DNA of 64,000 nt from Macrostomum lignano. Taxonomy: Eukaryota. A model generated the notes under the pieces. It made no database searches and was not told where the DNA came from. It saw only the letters and a list, made by a program, of their open reading frames with translations. The first letter of the stretch is position 1, and every line of letters begins with the position of its first letter. Below are positions 1 to 10,700 of this stretch, piece by piece. The stretch is taken from assembly GCA_002269645.1 (NCBI GenBank), contig NIVC01001456.1, forward strand, positions 1-64,000. Direction: 5' to 3'. The position numbers were made by a program, and so were the translations under genes.

Positions 1-297
1 CCACGCTTAATTGACAAATAAATTCGCAATACAGTACGCGCATAAAGCACATAAAACACCATATAAAAATAAACAAGGATGAGTCCACAGCAATAGCAAA
101 GTGTCACGACTGTCGACCAAGTTTTCGGTAGTTAAGCCGATCAGGTGGCTTTCGGTCTCTCTTTGGGCGGACGCCATGCTGTAGCTCTTCCTTCTTGTTC
201 GCGCCAGCTTCGTTCAGCTGGCTCTGCTCCACCCTTGGCTTGTACTGTTCATTGTGCATTAATCTGCGGGCTCCGTCGCTGGTCTCGACTTCACCTG

Positions 298-1611
298 TCA
301 CCTCACCTTGCCCACTATTACAGCGGGCTTCCACTTCATGACGTTATTGTACTGTCGAATCCAGACTGGGTCGTTTAGGTTCGCAGACTTCCTGAGATTA
401 GTCACTTTGTTTCTCAAGAGTTGCCCTCTCATGAGCTCAGAGGGAGCTTTCCCAGTGCTGGAATGACAAGCGTTTCGGTACTGCATGAGAAATCGATCTA
501 CAGTAGCTTGGACGTCTTTGTAACCGGCTGCTCGCAAATGGTTTTTTAAATCTCTTACGAATCGCTCAGCACAGCCGTTGGATCTAGGGTGGTAAGGTGG
601 TGTGAGCACGTGGTTGCATCCGATGCATCTTAACCACATCTTGAATTCGTCGGACGTAAATTGTGGTCCATTGTCCGAAACAAGTGTAACTGGCACCCCT
701 TCCTGGGCAAAATTACGTCGAAGACGCCTAATAGTTTCTTCAGATGTCGTACTCCTGGTGATGTGCACTTCGGCCCATTTGCTAAAAGCGTCAATGATGA
801 CCAGTGCATATGCACCATTTGGGAATGGTCCAGCATAGTCGACATGGACACGCATCCACTTTTTAGTCTCTTCTGGCCACGAGCTCCATTGTTTGGTGGT
901 GTGATCCTTCCCTTGCTGACAGCCTTCGCAGGCCTTTACCTTAAGCGTGAGATCCTTGTCAATGCCAGGCCACCAAACACACTCTCTGGCCAGCGACTTC
1001 ATTCGCTCAACACCAATATGTCCTTCATGCAGTATCTCAGTCACCTTTTCTCTTAACATTTGTGGAATGATTATTCGATTCCCTGGGTAGATGATGCTGT
1101 CGTCTAGGCTGAGTTCGTCTGTCATTTTACGGAAGTGCGGCAGCTTTACTCTTCCTTCCTCAGTCCATCCAAACTTTAGCTGCTTGAACAAAAGGCGCAT
1201 CTCCTGATCCTGCTTAGAGACTTCCCGGATTTCTTTCTTGGAAATTGGCAGCTCTACTGAAGTGTACTGAATCTTATTCACTTCAAAATATTGTGCCTCG
1301 GCTGCTTCGCTTTCGCACCGTGAAAGTGCGTCTGCAACCGGGATCTCCTCAGATCGCAGACATTGAATGTCGTAGTCATACGCCATTAGGATGATTGACC
1401 ATCTTTTTATCCTTGCTGCTGCAACTGCCGAAATTCCTCTTCCTGGGTTAAAGATGAACTTGAGAGGTTGATGATCCGTCACTAACGTGAAGCGCCGACC
1501 AAAAAGGTACTTATGCAGGCGTTTGACAGCCCACGTAATACCCAGCGCCTCTCTCTCGATCTGTGCATACTTTCTCTCTGCTGACGTAAGCGTCTTGGAT
1601 GCGAACAGCAC
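298..1611 (-). CDS. RNase H and integrase portion of gypsy pol, truncated at its 3' end
   Basis: TDHQPL, ADALSR, H-X3-H...C-X2-C and DDE motifs. Confidence 0.88.
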   Translation of the reverse strand: MLFASKTLTSAERKYAQIEREALGITWAVKRLHKYLFGRRFTLVTDHQPLKFIFNPGRGISAVAAARIKRWSIILMAYDYDIQCLRSEEIPVADALSRCESEAAEAQYFEVNKIQYTSVELPISKKEIREVSKQDQEMRLLFKQLKFGWTEEGRVKLPHFRKMTDELSLDDSIIYPGNRIIIPQMLREKVTEILHEGHIGVERMKSLARECVWWPGIDKDLTLKVKACEGCQQGKDHTTKQWSSWPEETKKWMRVHVDYAGPFPNGAYALVIIDAFSKWAEVHITRSTTSEETIRRLRRNFAQEGVPVTLVSDNGPQFTSDEFKMWLRCIGCNHVLTPPYHPRSNGCAERFVRDLKNHLRAAGYKDVQATVDRFLMQYRNACHSSTGKAPSELMRGQLLRNKVTNLRKSANLNDPVWIRQYNNVMKWKPAVIVGKVR

Positions 1612-1740
1612 CGGGCCCTCAGACTGTTCCAGAACGGCACCAACACCGTGCGGGGAAGCATCACATGTCTAGCGTAATAGCCTGTCGCTCGGGTTAAATG
1701 GCTTCAAGATGTTACTTCTGGCTAGCATTTGCTTCAGCTT

Positions 1741-2879
1741 TTAAAAAGCTTGCTTCTGACTTGCTTGCCATGACCAACGTGTGTTCTGCCTGAGTAGCTC
1801 ACTCAGTGGTTCCTTCACTTCCGAGAGGTTTGGCAGAAACTTAGAATAAAACTCCATCATGCCAATGAACGATCGCAATTGAGCTGCATTTGTTGGCTTC
1901 TTGAATTGCAAAATGACATCAAGTTTCTTCGGGTTGGGTCGAATTCCTTGCTGGTTAATCAGAAATCCCAGAAACTCCACCACCAGTTGTCCAATTTTGC
2001 TCTTCTCCATGTTCACTTCCAGACTGTGCTCTTTCAGTCTGTTCAGAACGGCCTTTAGCTGCTGATCGTGACTCTGCTGATCCTTTCCATGCACTAGTAT
2101 GTCATCCTGATAGGAATGCACATTCTTCATGCCAAACAGAATTCGATCCATAAAACTTTGAAAGATGGCAGAACTCTGCTTGATTCCGAACGGAAGGAAG
2201 TTGTATCGGAAGAGTCCAAACGGTGTTGAAATTGTTGTCAACTTGGAGGACTCATACTGAAGTGGTAACTGCAAATATGCATTTGTCAAGTCCAAAGTAG
2301 AAAATATCTTTGAGCCATGCAGCTCAGCGAAAATGTCATCTGCTGCCGGAGTAGTTGTGACCATCCTGTTCAGATGCTCATTCAGAGTGACTTTGTAATC
2401 GCCACAAATTCGGATTTTACCATTTGGCTTGCGGACACACACAATCGGTGTTGCCCAGTCACTGTCGTCCACTTTGGTTATCTTGCCTTCTTTCTCCAGA
2501 TTCTCGAGTTCTTCCTTCACTTGGTCCCTTATGGCAAATGGAATAGCTCGTGGTTTGAGAAAATTGGCTTAGTGTCTTCAGCCAATGTGATTGACACTTT
2601 AGTTGATGATGATGCCACTCTCACCAGTTGCTCGGTATCTGCAGCATCGAGCCCCTCAACACCAAAAACACTGCTGCCAGATTTCACGATATACAGTGGA
2701 AGCTCTCCTCTGAATCCTACATACACTACACTGACGTGTGAGACACCTAGCAGTCCAATATCATTACCGTTGTAATCCTTGAACCTGCGAGTTGTGGTCT
2801 CTATTGGCGTGTGCTCTTTCAGCTGATTGAATTCAGCAAGTGACATAAGTGAAACATCAGACCCTGTGTCCAACAACAT
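1741..2879 (-). pseudogene. Protease and reverse transcriptase of the gypsy element, frameshifted
   Basis: LLDTGSDVS, then KPIF-[shift]-KPRAIPFAIRDQVKEELENLEK...LPFGIKQSSAIFQ...YQDDILV. Confidence 0.88.
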
Positions 2880-3782
2880 TTAAACGTGAGTACCATTTAT
2901 GACCCCCTGTCTTTTGAAACGTTCGCCGCCAAGGCTAAGAACATTATCACAGTCATCAGGTTCAGGTGTCTTACCGGTAACTGCACTGATAGTAGCACTC
3001 TTTGTCAGAGAATTTCCACCGCTTCTGCACACGGCCGTCTTCAGATGCCCAACCTTTCCGCAGAGTCTACACTTGAAGTTTTTAAACTTGCACTGTGCCT
3101 TGGAGTGGTTTGGCTTACCACAACAATAGCAGGCTCTTGCTTCATGCTTCTGCGCAGATTTGCTTCTGAGCTGAGTAGGCTTCGGTGTCCACTTGCTTGA
3201 TGCACTCGAAGATAAGAAATTCTTCTTCATCTGGACTTTAAAAACTTCTTCCTTTGACATGTCTTGTTCTCCTCTGCCGACAGCCTCACATGCTGACGCT
3301 ACTGTGGTGACCTTTTCCAAAGTTAGGTCTTCCAGCTTCTCTGTCAGCAGTTTCCTCAAGATGTCTCTATTCTCCAATCCGAAAATAAATTGATCACAAA
3401 GTCGCTCGTTGATGTCTGTAAACTGGCATCCTTCAGCACCCAGTCTCAGTCTTCTTGCGTAAGATGCAGTGTCTTCGTCTTTCTTTTGCTTCATTTGATG
3501 AAATTCATAGCGCAATGCAATCGCTAACTTATCCGGCTTGATCTGGCTCTTCAATACTCCAACCAGTTGCTCGTACGACTTAGAAGTTGGCTCATCAGGG
3601 GAAACCGCATCCGCGATTATATCAAATCCTTTCGGACCGATGGACGCTAAGAATGCGTTCCTTTTCGTATCATCCTTCCAACCTTCAGGTGAAGCGATGA
3701 TCTCGAACCTTTGGATCCAGCGCTTTCGGCACTCGTCGAAATTCAGTATCTCCAGTTGCCTTGCACCGATCCTCGTCGCCAT
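2880..3782 (-). CDS. Gag of the Mag-like gypsy element (300 aa, two zinc knuckles)
   Basis: ORF track plus the CCHC motifs; ATG overlaps the PBS-like motif. Confidence 0.85.
   Translation of the reverse strand: MATRIGARQLEILNFDECRKRWIQRFEIIASPEGWKDDTKRNAFLASIGPKGFDIIADAVSPDEPTSKSYEQLVGVLKSQIKPDKLAIALRYEFHQMKQKKDEDTASYARRLRLGAEGCQFTDINERLCDQFIFGLENRDILRKLLTEKLEDLTLEKVTTVASACEAVGRGEQDMSKEEVFKVQMKKNFLSSSASSKWTPKPTQLRSKSAQKHEARACYCCGKPNHSKAQCKFKNFKCRLCGKVGHLKTAVCRSGGNSLTKSATISAVTGKTPEPDDCDNVLSLGGERFKRQGVINGTHV
3773..3782 (-). promoter_or_regulatory. Primer-binding-site-like motif TGGCGACGAG
   Basis: Minus strand reads ...GACTAACA-A-TGGCGACGAG directly after a CA-ending LTR-like stretch, as is typical of Mag-clade elements. 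Confidence 0.6.
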
Positions 3783-3959
3783 TGTTAGTCTGTCGTTGGT
3801 CTCCTGGTTGAGTCACTAAGGCAGTTGACACGTTGGTACACCATTTTACCCTCGATTTTGAACAAGGAGAACTTCGAAACTGACAAACTCCTCTTCAATA
3901 TTGACACTCTATGGTCGGGCACTCAAAATCTACAATCAATATTGACAAGTACCAATATT

Positions 3960-4415
3960 GGGTACTTGCTATTTGGGAGAAGGGGTACTGGCTGCATGTA
4001 TCTACGAGTACATGTATGGGAATATTTTTATCCAGGGATGCTTGCTATCTGGGTGGATGTTTGCTACCTGGATGATGCTTGCTATCTGCAAGATGCTTGC
4101 TATCTGGGGGATGCTTGCTATCTGGGTGGATGTTTGCTACCTGGATGATGCTTGCTATCTGGGTGGATGTTTGCTATCTGGGTGGATGCTTGCTATCTGG
4201 GGGATGCTTGCTATCTGGGTGGATGCTTGCTATCTGGGTGGATGCTTGCTATCTGGGTGGATGCTTGCTGTCTTGGGATGTTAAATGACCGGCCTTTTGC
4301 TAGAGTCCCTTGAGAGAGCAGGGACTCTAGCAAGCATCCCTAAATAGAAATATTCCCATACATGTACTCGTAGATACATGCAGCCAGTACCCCTTATCCC
4401 AAATAGCAAGTACCC
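3960..4415. mobile_element. Second TIR element nested inside the MITE
   Basis: GGGTACTTGCTATTTGGGA...GGGAATATTT (3960-4027) is the inverse of AAATATTCCC...TCCCAAATAGCAAGTACCC (4346-4415). Confidence 0.75.
4037..4270 (+). repeat. ~20-bp minisatellite (GATGCTTGCTATCTGGGTG-like) in the core of the nested element
   Basis: About 11-12 tandem copies visible. Confidence 0.85.
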
Positions 4416-5039
4416 CCCCCCCTCAAGAGAGAAATCTTAGTAAAAATTGTCAAAATCTATTTCAAAAAATGTCTTAGTCAAAATTGATTGTTAACTGTTC
4501 AATATTGATTCGGAGTTGTCAAAAATGAAGCGGACTTTTTGGGTACACAAACCATAGAGTGTCAGTTTTGAAGCAACTCTGTCAAAATAGAATCAGACTT
4601 TGCAGCCCAACCAGTCAGGCTATTTTAGTCTGTGTGTCTAAAGGATAGAGAAAAATAAATTTTATCAATACTTGTAGATCCAAAAAGCAAAGTCAGAATA
4701 AGCTGATTTTGCACAGCTCACTTCAGCCCCGTTCAGGCTTTCATTGGATTACTTTGTTACCGAATTCTCCCAGGAGAAGTTGACTAAACGTGCATTGTCA
4801 AAATTGAACCAGAGTTTGTCAAAATTGAAGCTTGATCTGTCAATATTGATTGTAGATTTTGAATGCCCGACCATAGAGTGTCAATATTGAAGAGGAGTTT
4901 GTCAGTTTCGAAGTTCTCCTTGTTCAAAATCGAGGGTAAAATGGTGTATTGTTGGTTGATGTTGGCTCTTATTTATTTCATCTCTCCAACGCTCCTCCTC
5001 TTTTCTTGCTCTTTATTTCGGCTAGACAACGCATACACA

Positions 5040-6142
5040 CAAGCGGTCTGTAGCAGCTTTTTGAGCCATAGACATATGGCGCAGCTTGCGGACTTTAGCC
5101 GCTGCCCACAGCCAACACTTACGACTACCTGGGGCATCTTCTGCAACACGTGAGCTTCACCATAAAATAGAGCAAGTCCACGACCCCAGGACAGCACATA
5201 GTCTTTCTCGGCGTTCAAAATATCACAACTGACGGCGCGCTGTGGCTGCCCATGGATAATGCGGTCAGGGATTTGCTGAAAGACTGCCTCTCCAGCAACA
5301 ATGTCAAACTCAAACAACTTGAGAGGCTGGCCGGGAAGCTGTGCTTCTTGGGCCAGATCAACAAGCTGCTGCATCCGTTTCTTCGCCCGCTTTTTGACTT
5401 CATGGACGGTCGAGATCTCCGGCTGCCTCAAGAAGGTCGCGAGACGTGCTTCAATTGTGGCTGCAGGCAGTGGATTCTGACAGCACGGCTGCAGTCGGCA
5501 AGATCAACAAGCTGTTCTGCAGGCATCCGGCATTGTCCTGAGTCTAGGATTCAGCTGCATGCGTTTCATCTCCCTGGTCACATGAAGCTCAATAGCGAAT
5601 CTGCTTCTCGAGTGTTCAGCCCAAAGCATGAGCTCGTGAGCTTTGCTGGCGCCACTATGGCTCTCTGTGTGTCTGTCTTACTAAGTTTGTCTCGCACACC
5701 ATTTCTGCCGCGTCCTGCATCACCCTCCTTTCACAGATCAGAGCCGCGTTCCGCACGAACCTCTTACTCTAGCGTTCAAAACAGCCTCTTTGAGTGCAGT
5801 CTCTTTCATCCACAGGCGTCGCCAGCACCTGACCCCACCCAGGATAACACTCGACTGGCTTTCGTCTTCCGCGGAGACCGACAACTTCTGAGCAGGCAGC
5901 CACACAGCACAGCCGCTGTGCCCTATGTAGCACAGCACATCTTCTCCTTCTGCCCTGCAACAGCCCTCTGCTTCCATCTTCCGCTGTGGCCGCTCATTGC
6001 TGTCTGCCTGCCCTGGTGGCCTCCGCCTGACCATCGGCAAGTCTAAGACCAACCAGTTCAAGATCGCCAGCAGCTGCTAGCCTTCCTTATTTAATGCCCA
6101 CCGATCTGTCATGTTGCTGCTCTCTAGACAGTCATCCGGGTC
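5040..6142 (+). mobile_element. Decayed DIRS/Ngaro-type tyrosine-recombinase retrotransposon fragment
   Basis: RT C-terminus (LLQHVSFTIK*SKSTTPGQHIVFLGVQ), then LERLAGKLCFLGQINKLLHPFLRPL, an RNase H-like IQLHAFHLPGH and recombinase-like GGLRLTIGKSKTNQF. Stops and frameshifts present. Confidence 0.7.
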
Positions 6143-6519
6143 GAGCCGCAGCAGTCTCTGTTGTCTGTTCTGGGTGTCCACAGAGTCCCTTTGGCTGCCT
6201 CGGCCTTCATGCGTCTGATTAAGCGGGGCCTGTCGATTCGCGACATCCCAGGGGGCAACTTCTCAGGCAACAGTCTCCGCAGAAGCAGAGCCAGCCAGCG
6301 ACGTCTTCCACGTGCCTTGGTGACTGGCGCTCCGAATTCACCTTCCGCAATTGCTCGAACGATGCAGCTATTGCTCGTATGCGTTCTGCCGTCCAGCGGA
6401 TTGTTACTTCTGTTAACTAACTTTGGTTCCTCTACTTCCCTCGCTTTTTTTCTTTCGGGGTTGGGGTCGTCTCTTTTTCGTTGCCTTTTGCTCGCTGCCA
6501 CCCCGCCGAATTTGTGTTT

Positions 6520-7260
6520 GTTTCTCTGCTGTGGGTTTGCGAGTCAAAGAAATTTTTCGTGAATTCCCTGGGCTAACATATGCTTCAGATTACTCGATCT
6601 ATTCTACCACCCCAGTGAAACACTGCATCATCACTTCCGGCGACCCAGTTTTCTGCAACCCACGTCCTCTCTCTCCGGCAAAGTACACAGAAGCCAAGTC
6701 GGAATTTGAAAAGCTCCTTGAAAATGGGCATCCTTTGCCCGTCCTGCAGCCCTTTGGCTTTGCCCCTCAACATAGTCAAGAAAGCTGACGGACCGAGAAG
6801 ACCCTGCGGCGACTGCCGCGCCCTAAATAGCGCTACAATTCCCGACAGGTATCCACTTGCGCTTATCCAATATTTTCACCACTTACTCCACGGCAGCCAA
6901 ATCTTTAGCAAACTCAATTTGATCAAAGCTTACCACTTCATACCAGTCGCCGACAAGGACATCACTAAAACAGCAAGCTGTACACCGTTTGGCTCCTTCG
7001 AGTATGCCCGAATGCTATTTGGGATGCACAACTTCATTTGTACTTTCCAAAGTTTCAACGACTCACTATTTGGCAAACCTGCTTAGCGTCATAACTTGCG
7101 TCTGCAATATTCTAATTCATACCGAATCAGAGAACGACCACCATCGAGATGTTAAGATTGTTTTTCTACAACGCCTTCACAAGGAGGGCCTTCGAGTTCA
7201 GTAGACCGAATACCACTTCTTCTAAAGTAGCATCGAGTTCCTTGGTCACCTAGCAGCCGG
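6520..7260 (+). mobile_element. Decayed Ty3/gypsy reverse transcriptase fragment (different family from the 1-3.8 kb element)
   Basis: PVFCNPRPLSPAKYTEAKSEF, LNIVKKADGPRRPCGDCRALN, FSKLNLIKAYHFIPVA, TPFGSFEYARMLFGM, across frameshifts. Confidence 0.85.
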
Positions 7261-7702
7261 AATCCAGCCACTTTCGTTCCGTGTGGCAGCGCAGCGCAAA
7301 ACCTCGCCTCCAGAGATTTTAAGAGCCTCACGAGTACATGGAATGTCTGCGTTCAAACAAAGCCGGGTTCTATCCCGATTTTTCGACTTATCCGTTTCTA
7401 TATTTCTAGAAAGTTCTACTAAAAGATTAGATTAGGAGCCCACGTGAATGATAGGCGATTGCAAAGCCCGGATTTTAGCCGCTAATGCGCCCAATAGAAA
7501 AAAGTGAGCAGCTCTCTCGTTTTAACGCTCACCAGTAAGTCTGCGCTGAAATCAAAGAATATAAATCTCAAAAACATTTTCACAAAAGATTTCTAACTTC
7601 TTTGATATTTGACCATAAAACCCTAATGAATATATTCGTAAAATGAGCTATTTCCATTTCCTACACAAATAACTTTAATTTCAAATACAACCTGTAACTT
7701 AC

Positions 7703-10700
7703 CTGGCCATTCGCAGCGCACTGCTGCTCCAACTGAGACAAACGGTCCAAGCAAGTGCTCGCGTTCACGCATCCATTGGCTGCAGCGCAGTCGATCTCTC
7801 CCTGCATTTTATTGAAAACAAGCACATACGAGCGTACGAGTTGCACTGTGCCTTTGCTTTTACATTTCTAACCACAAATAGAAATGTACGTGTAAACATC
7901 AGCTCCTCACCATGCTGCAATTTATGCTTTGTCGACAAGGCGAACCGATCGGAACGCAACTCTTTGTTTCCAGACATGGCTCATATCCATACTGGCAGCC
8001 TCGACTGTACTCGACTCGGAGAATCTCGTCTCCGAAGTAGTTTCCGTCAGTCGGAGGCGCGTCCTGCTCCGGCAGCAGTCCGTTCCACAGTCTGCATGTT
8101 AAATTGACACTGCCCGGCTGTCTGAGTTGCACATAAAAGTATGAGCTCTCAACCGATAGCAGTAGGTATCCTGAGCCGAACTTTCTGACAGAAGCGCCGC
8201 CATAGTAGGTGTAGGCGTAGAGCGAATATTCGGTGTAGAGCGACGACGCCTCAATGTAGCAGTAGGCAGCCTTGCTCGGCGCCTCTCGACACAGCTGACG
8301 AACGTGGTCGTTGGGTGCGGAGTCGGGAAACTCGAACCGACCGAGACTGTCGCACCAAGGCGCAGATGCTGTCGACTGGTTCAATACTGCCTAAAATATT
8401 CCTTGGGTAGACATTGTCATACATGTATCCAGTGCCGTTCTTTTTCAGCACGACTGTCGGGAATCCAGCTGGTGGCGGTCGCGACTTCGGCGGAAGCAGG
8501 AATCCGTAGGTAGGCTGACACTCCGCGACTACTTGGCTGTCATTGTTAAAGTAGCGAACCCTCAGCTTTACCACGATAGACTCGCATTGGAGCCGGCGTA
8601 GTTGGACATTCCCAGAGCATCTGCGCTCACGCAGCTGTTATTATCGAGAAGCCTGTTGAGTGTAATTTCCTGTCCGATGCGGCTGTTGTCGAGCTTGTTG
8701 GATCCGAGTCTCATCACAGGAGGACCCACTTGCTGCACAACGGTGAAACGAACACTCAGATCCGCAGGAATGAAGCAGGAGTTTGTAGGCGACACGGACG
8801 TGATGATGGTCTTGTTGTTGGGACACGACCTCTTTGCCACCGCTTCATCGCACTGATCAGACTCGAGACACAAGTTGTATCCAGCATAACAGCGAACCAT
8901 GGAAGGTGAGCCTGTCGTGGTCGAGTTTGTGGAGTAGTAGCTTGTCGAACTGCAGGTAACGCTTGCGTAGTCGCATGTGGACCATGACAAATACTGCGTC
9001 CTATTGTAGCACATGCCTTGCTTCGGACAAAAGTTCTGAAAGAACGCAATTAAGAAAACATTTTTATTTTTTATCCTGGGAAAAAATTGAACCAATTGTC
9101 TAAAGATCTTAGTAAGGCAATAACTATCCTATCCTAAGCATCATCACGATTTAAAAGAAAAACTGCGATGCGCACGTAACGAAAATGCTTAAATCCTTAA
9201 AATAGCAGAGCACATCTTCTCCTTCTGCCCTGCAACAGCCCTCTGCTTCCATCTTCCGCTGTGGCCGCTCATCGCTGTCTGCCTGCCCTGGTGGCCTCCG
9301 CCTGACCATCGGCAAGTCTAAGACCAACCAGTTCAAGATCGCCAGCTGCTAGCCTTCTTTCCTTATGTAATGCCCACCGATCTGTCATGTTGCTGCTCTC
9401 TAGACAGTCATCCGGGTCGTGGTCAAAGCCTACCACTTCATACCAGTCGCCGACAAGGACATCACTAAAACAGCAAGCTGTACACCGTTTGGCTCCTTCG
9501 AGTATGCCCGAATGCTATTTGGGATGCACAACTTCATTTGTACTTTCCAAAGTTTCAACGACTCACTATTTGGCAAACCTGCTTAGCGTCATAACTTGCG
9601 TCTGCAATATTCTAATTCATACCGAATCAGAGAACGACCACCATCGAGATGTTAAGATTGTTTTTCTACAACGCCTTCACAAGGAGGGCCTTCGAGTTCA
9701 GTAGACCGAATACCACTTCTTCTAAAGTAGCATCGAGTTCCTTGGTCACCTAGCAGCCGGAATCCAGCCACTTTCGTTCCGTGTGGCAGCGCAGCGCAAA
9801 ACCTCGCCTCCAGAGATTTTAAGAGCCTCACGAGTACATGGAATGTCTGCGTTCAAACAAAGCCGGGTTCTATCCCGATTTTTCGACTTATCCGTTTCTA
9901 TATTTCTAGAAAGTTCTACTAAAAGATTAGATTAGGAGCCCACGTGAATGATAGGCGATTGCAAAGCCCGGATTTTAGCCGCTAATGCGCCCAATAGAAA
10001 AAAGTGAGCAGCTCTCTCGTTTTAACGCTCACCAGTAAGTCTGCGCTGAAATCAAAGAATATAAATCTCAAAAACATTTTCACAAAAGATTTCTAACTTC
10101 TTTGATATTTGACCATAAAACCCTAATGAATATATTCGTAAAATGAGCTATTTCCATTTCCTACACAAATAACTTTAATTTCAAATACAACCTGTAACTT
10201 ACCTGGCCATTCGCAGCGCACTGCTGCTCCAACTGAGACAAACGGTCCAAGCAAGTGCTCGCGTTCACGCATCCATTGGCTGCAGCGCAGTCGATCTCTC
10301 CCTGCATTTTATTGAAAACAAGCACATACGAGCGTACGAGTTGCACTGTGCCTTTGCTTTTACATTTCTAACCACAAATAGAAATGTACGTGTAAACATC
10401 AGCTCCTCACCATGCTGCAATTTATGCTTTGTCGACAAGGCGAACCGATCGGAACGCAACTCTTTGTTTCCAGACATGGCTCATATCCATACTGGCAGCC
10501 TCGACTGTACTCGACTCGGAGAATCTCGTCTCCGAAGTAGTTTCCGTCAGTCGGAGGCGCGTCCTGCTCCGGCAGCAGTCCGTTCCACAGTCTGCATGTT
10601 AAATTGACACTGCCCGGCTGTCTGAGTTGCACATAAAAGTATGAGCTCTCAACCGATAGCAGTAGGTATCCTGAGCCGAACTTTCTGACAGAAGCGCCGC

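Larger units (their letters stand above)
104..3782 (-). mobile_element. Decayed Ty3/gypsy LTR retrotransposon, Mag-like (gag-PR-RT-RNaseH-IN)
   Basis: Gag 2880-3782 has two CCHC knuckles (CYCCGKPNHSKAQC, CRLCGKVGHLKTAVC). Protease LLDTGS at 2529-2879. RT 1741-2520 has YQDD. RNase H (DASPHGVGAVL; ERKYAQIEREAL) is followed by integrase HHCC and DDE motifs (HVDYAGPF, SDNGPQF, SNGCAERF) at 298-1611. Lesions: in-frame TAA at ~2880, a 1-nt deletion in a T run near 2555, stops at ~1741 and ~1675. Confidence 0.93.
3839..4946. mobile_element. Non-autonomous TIR DNA transposon (MITE-like) with ~110-bp TIRs and a TA target duplication
   Basis: 3839-3948 (CACCATTTTACCCTCGATTTTGAACAAGGAG...) is the near-perfect reverse complement of 4838-4946. 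Both ends are flanked by TA. Internal TGTCAAAAT subterminal repeats. Confidence 0.85.

Noticed and set aside
2875-2885. Programmed gag-pol stop readthrough at the in-frame TAA
   Set aside because: It falls inside the protease N-terminus (NGTHV*MLLDTG, probably AAA to TAA), and the element has several other stops and a frameshift, so decay is the simpler explanation.
6124-6501. 125-aa minus-strand ORF between the DIRS and gypsy fragments
   Set aside because: No motif I can recognise, and it sits in a TE pile; left uncalled.
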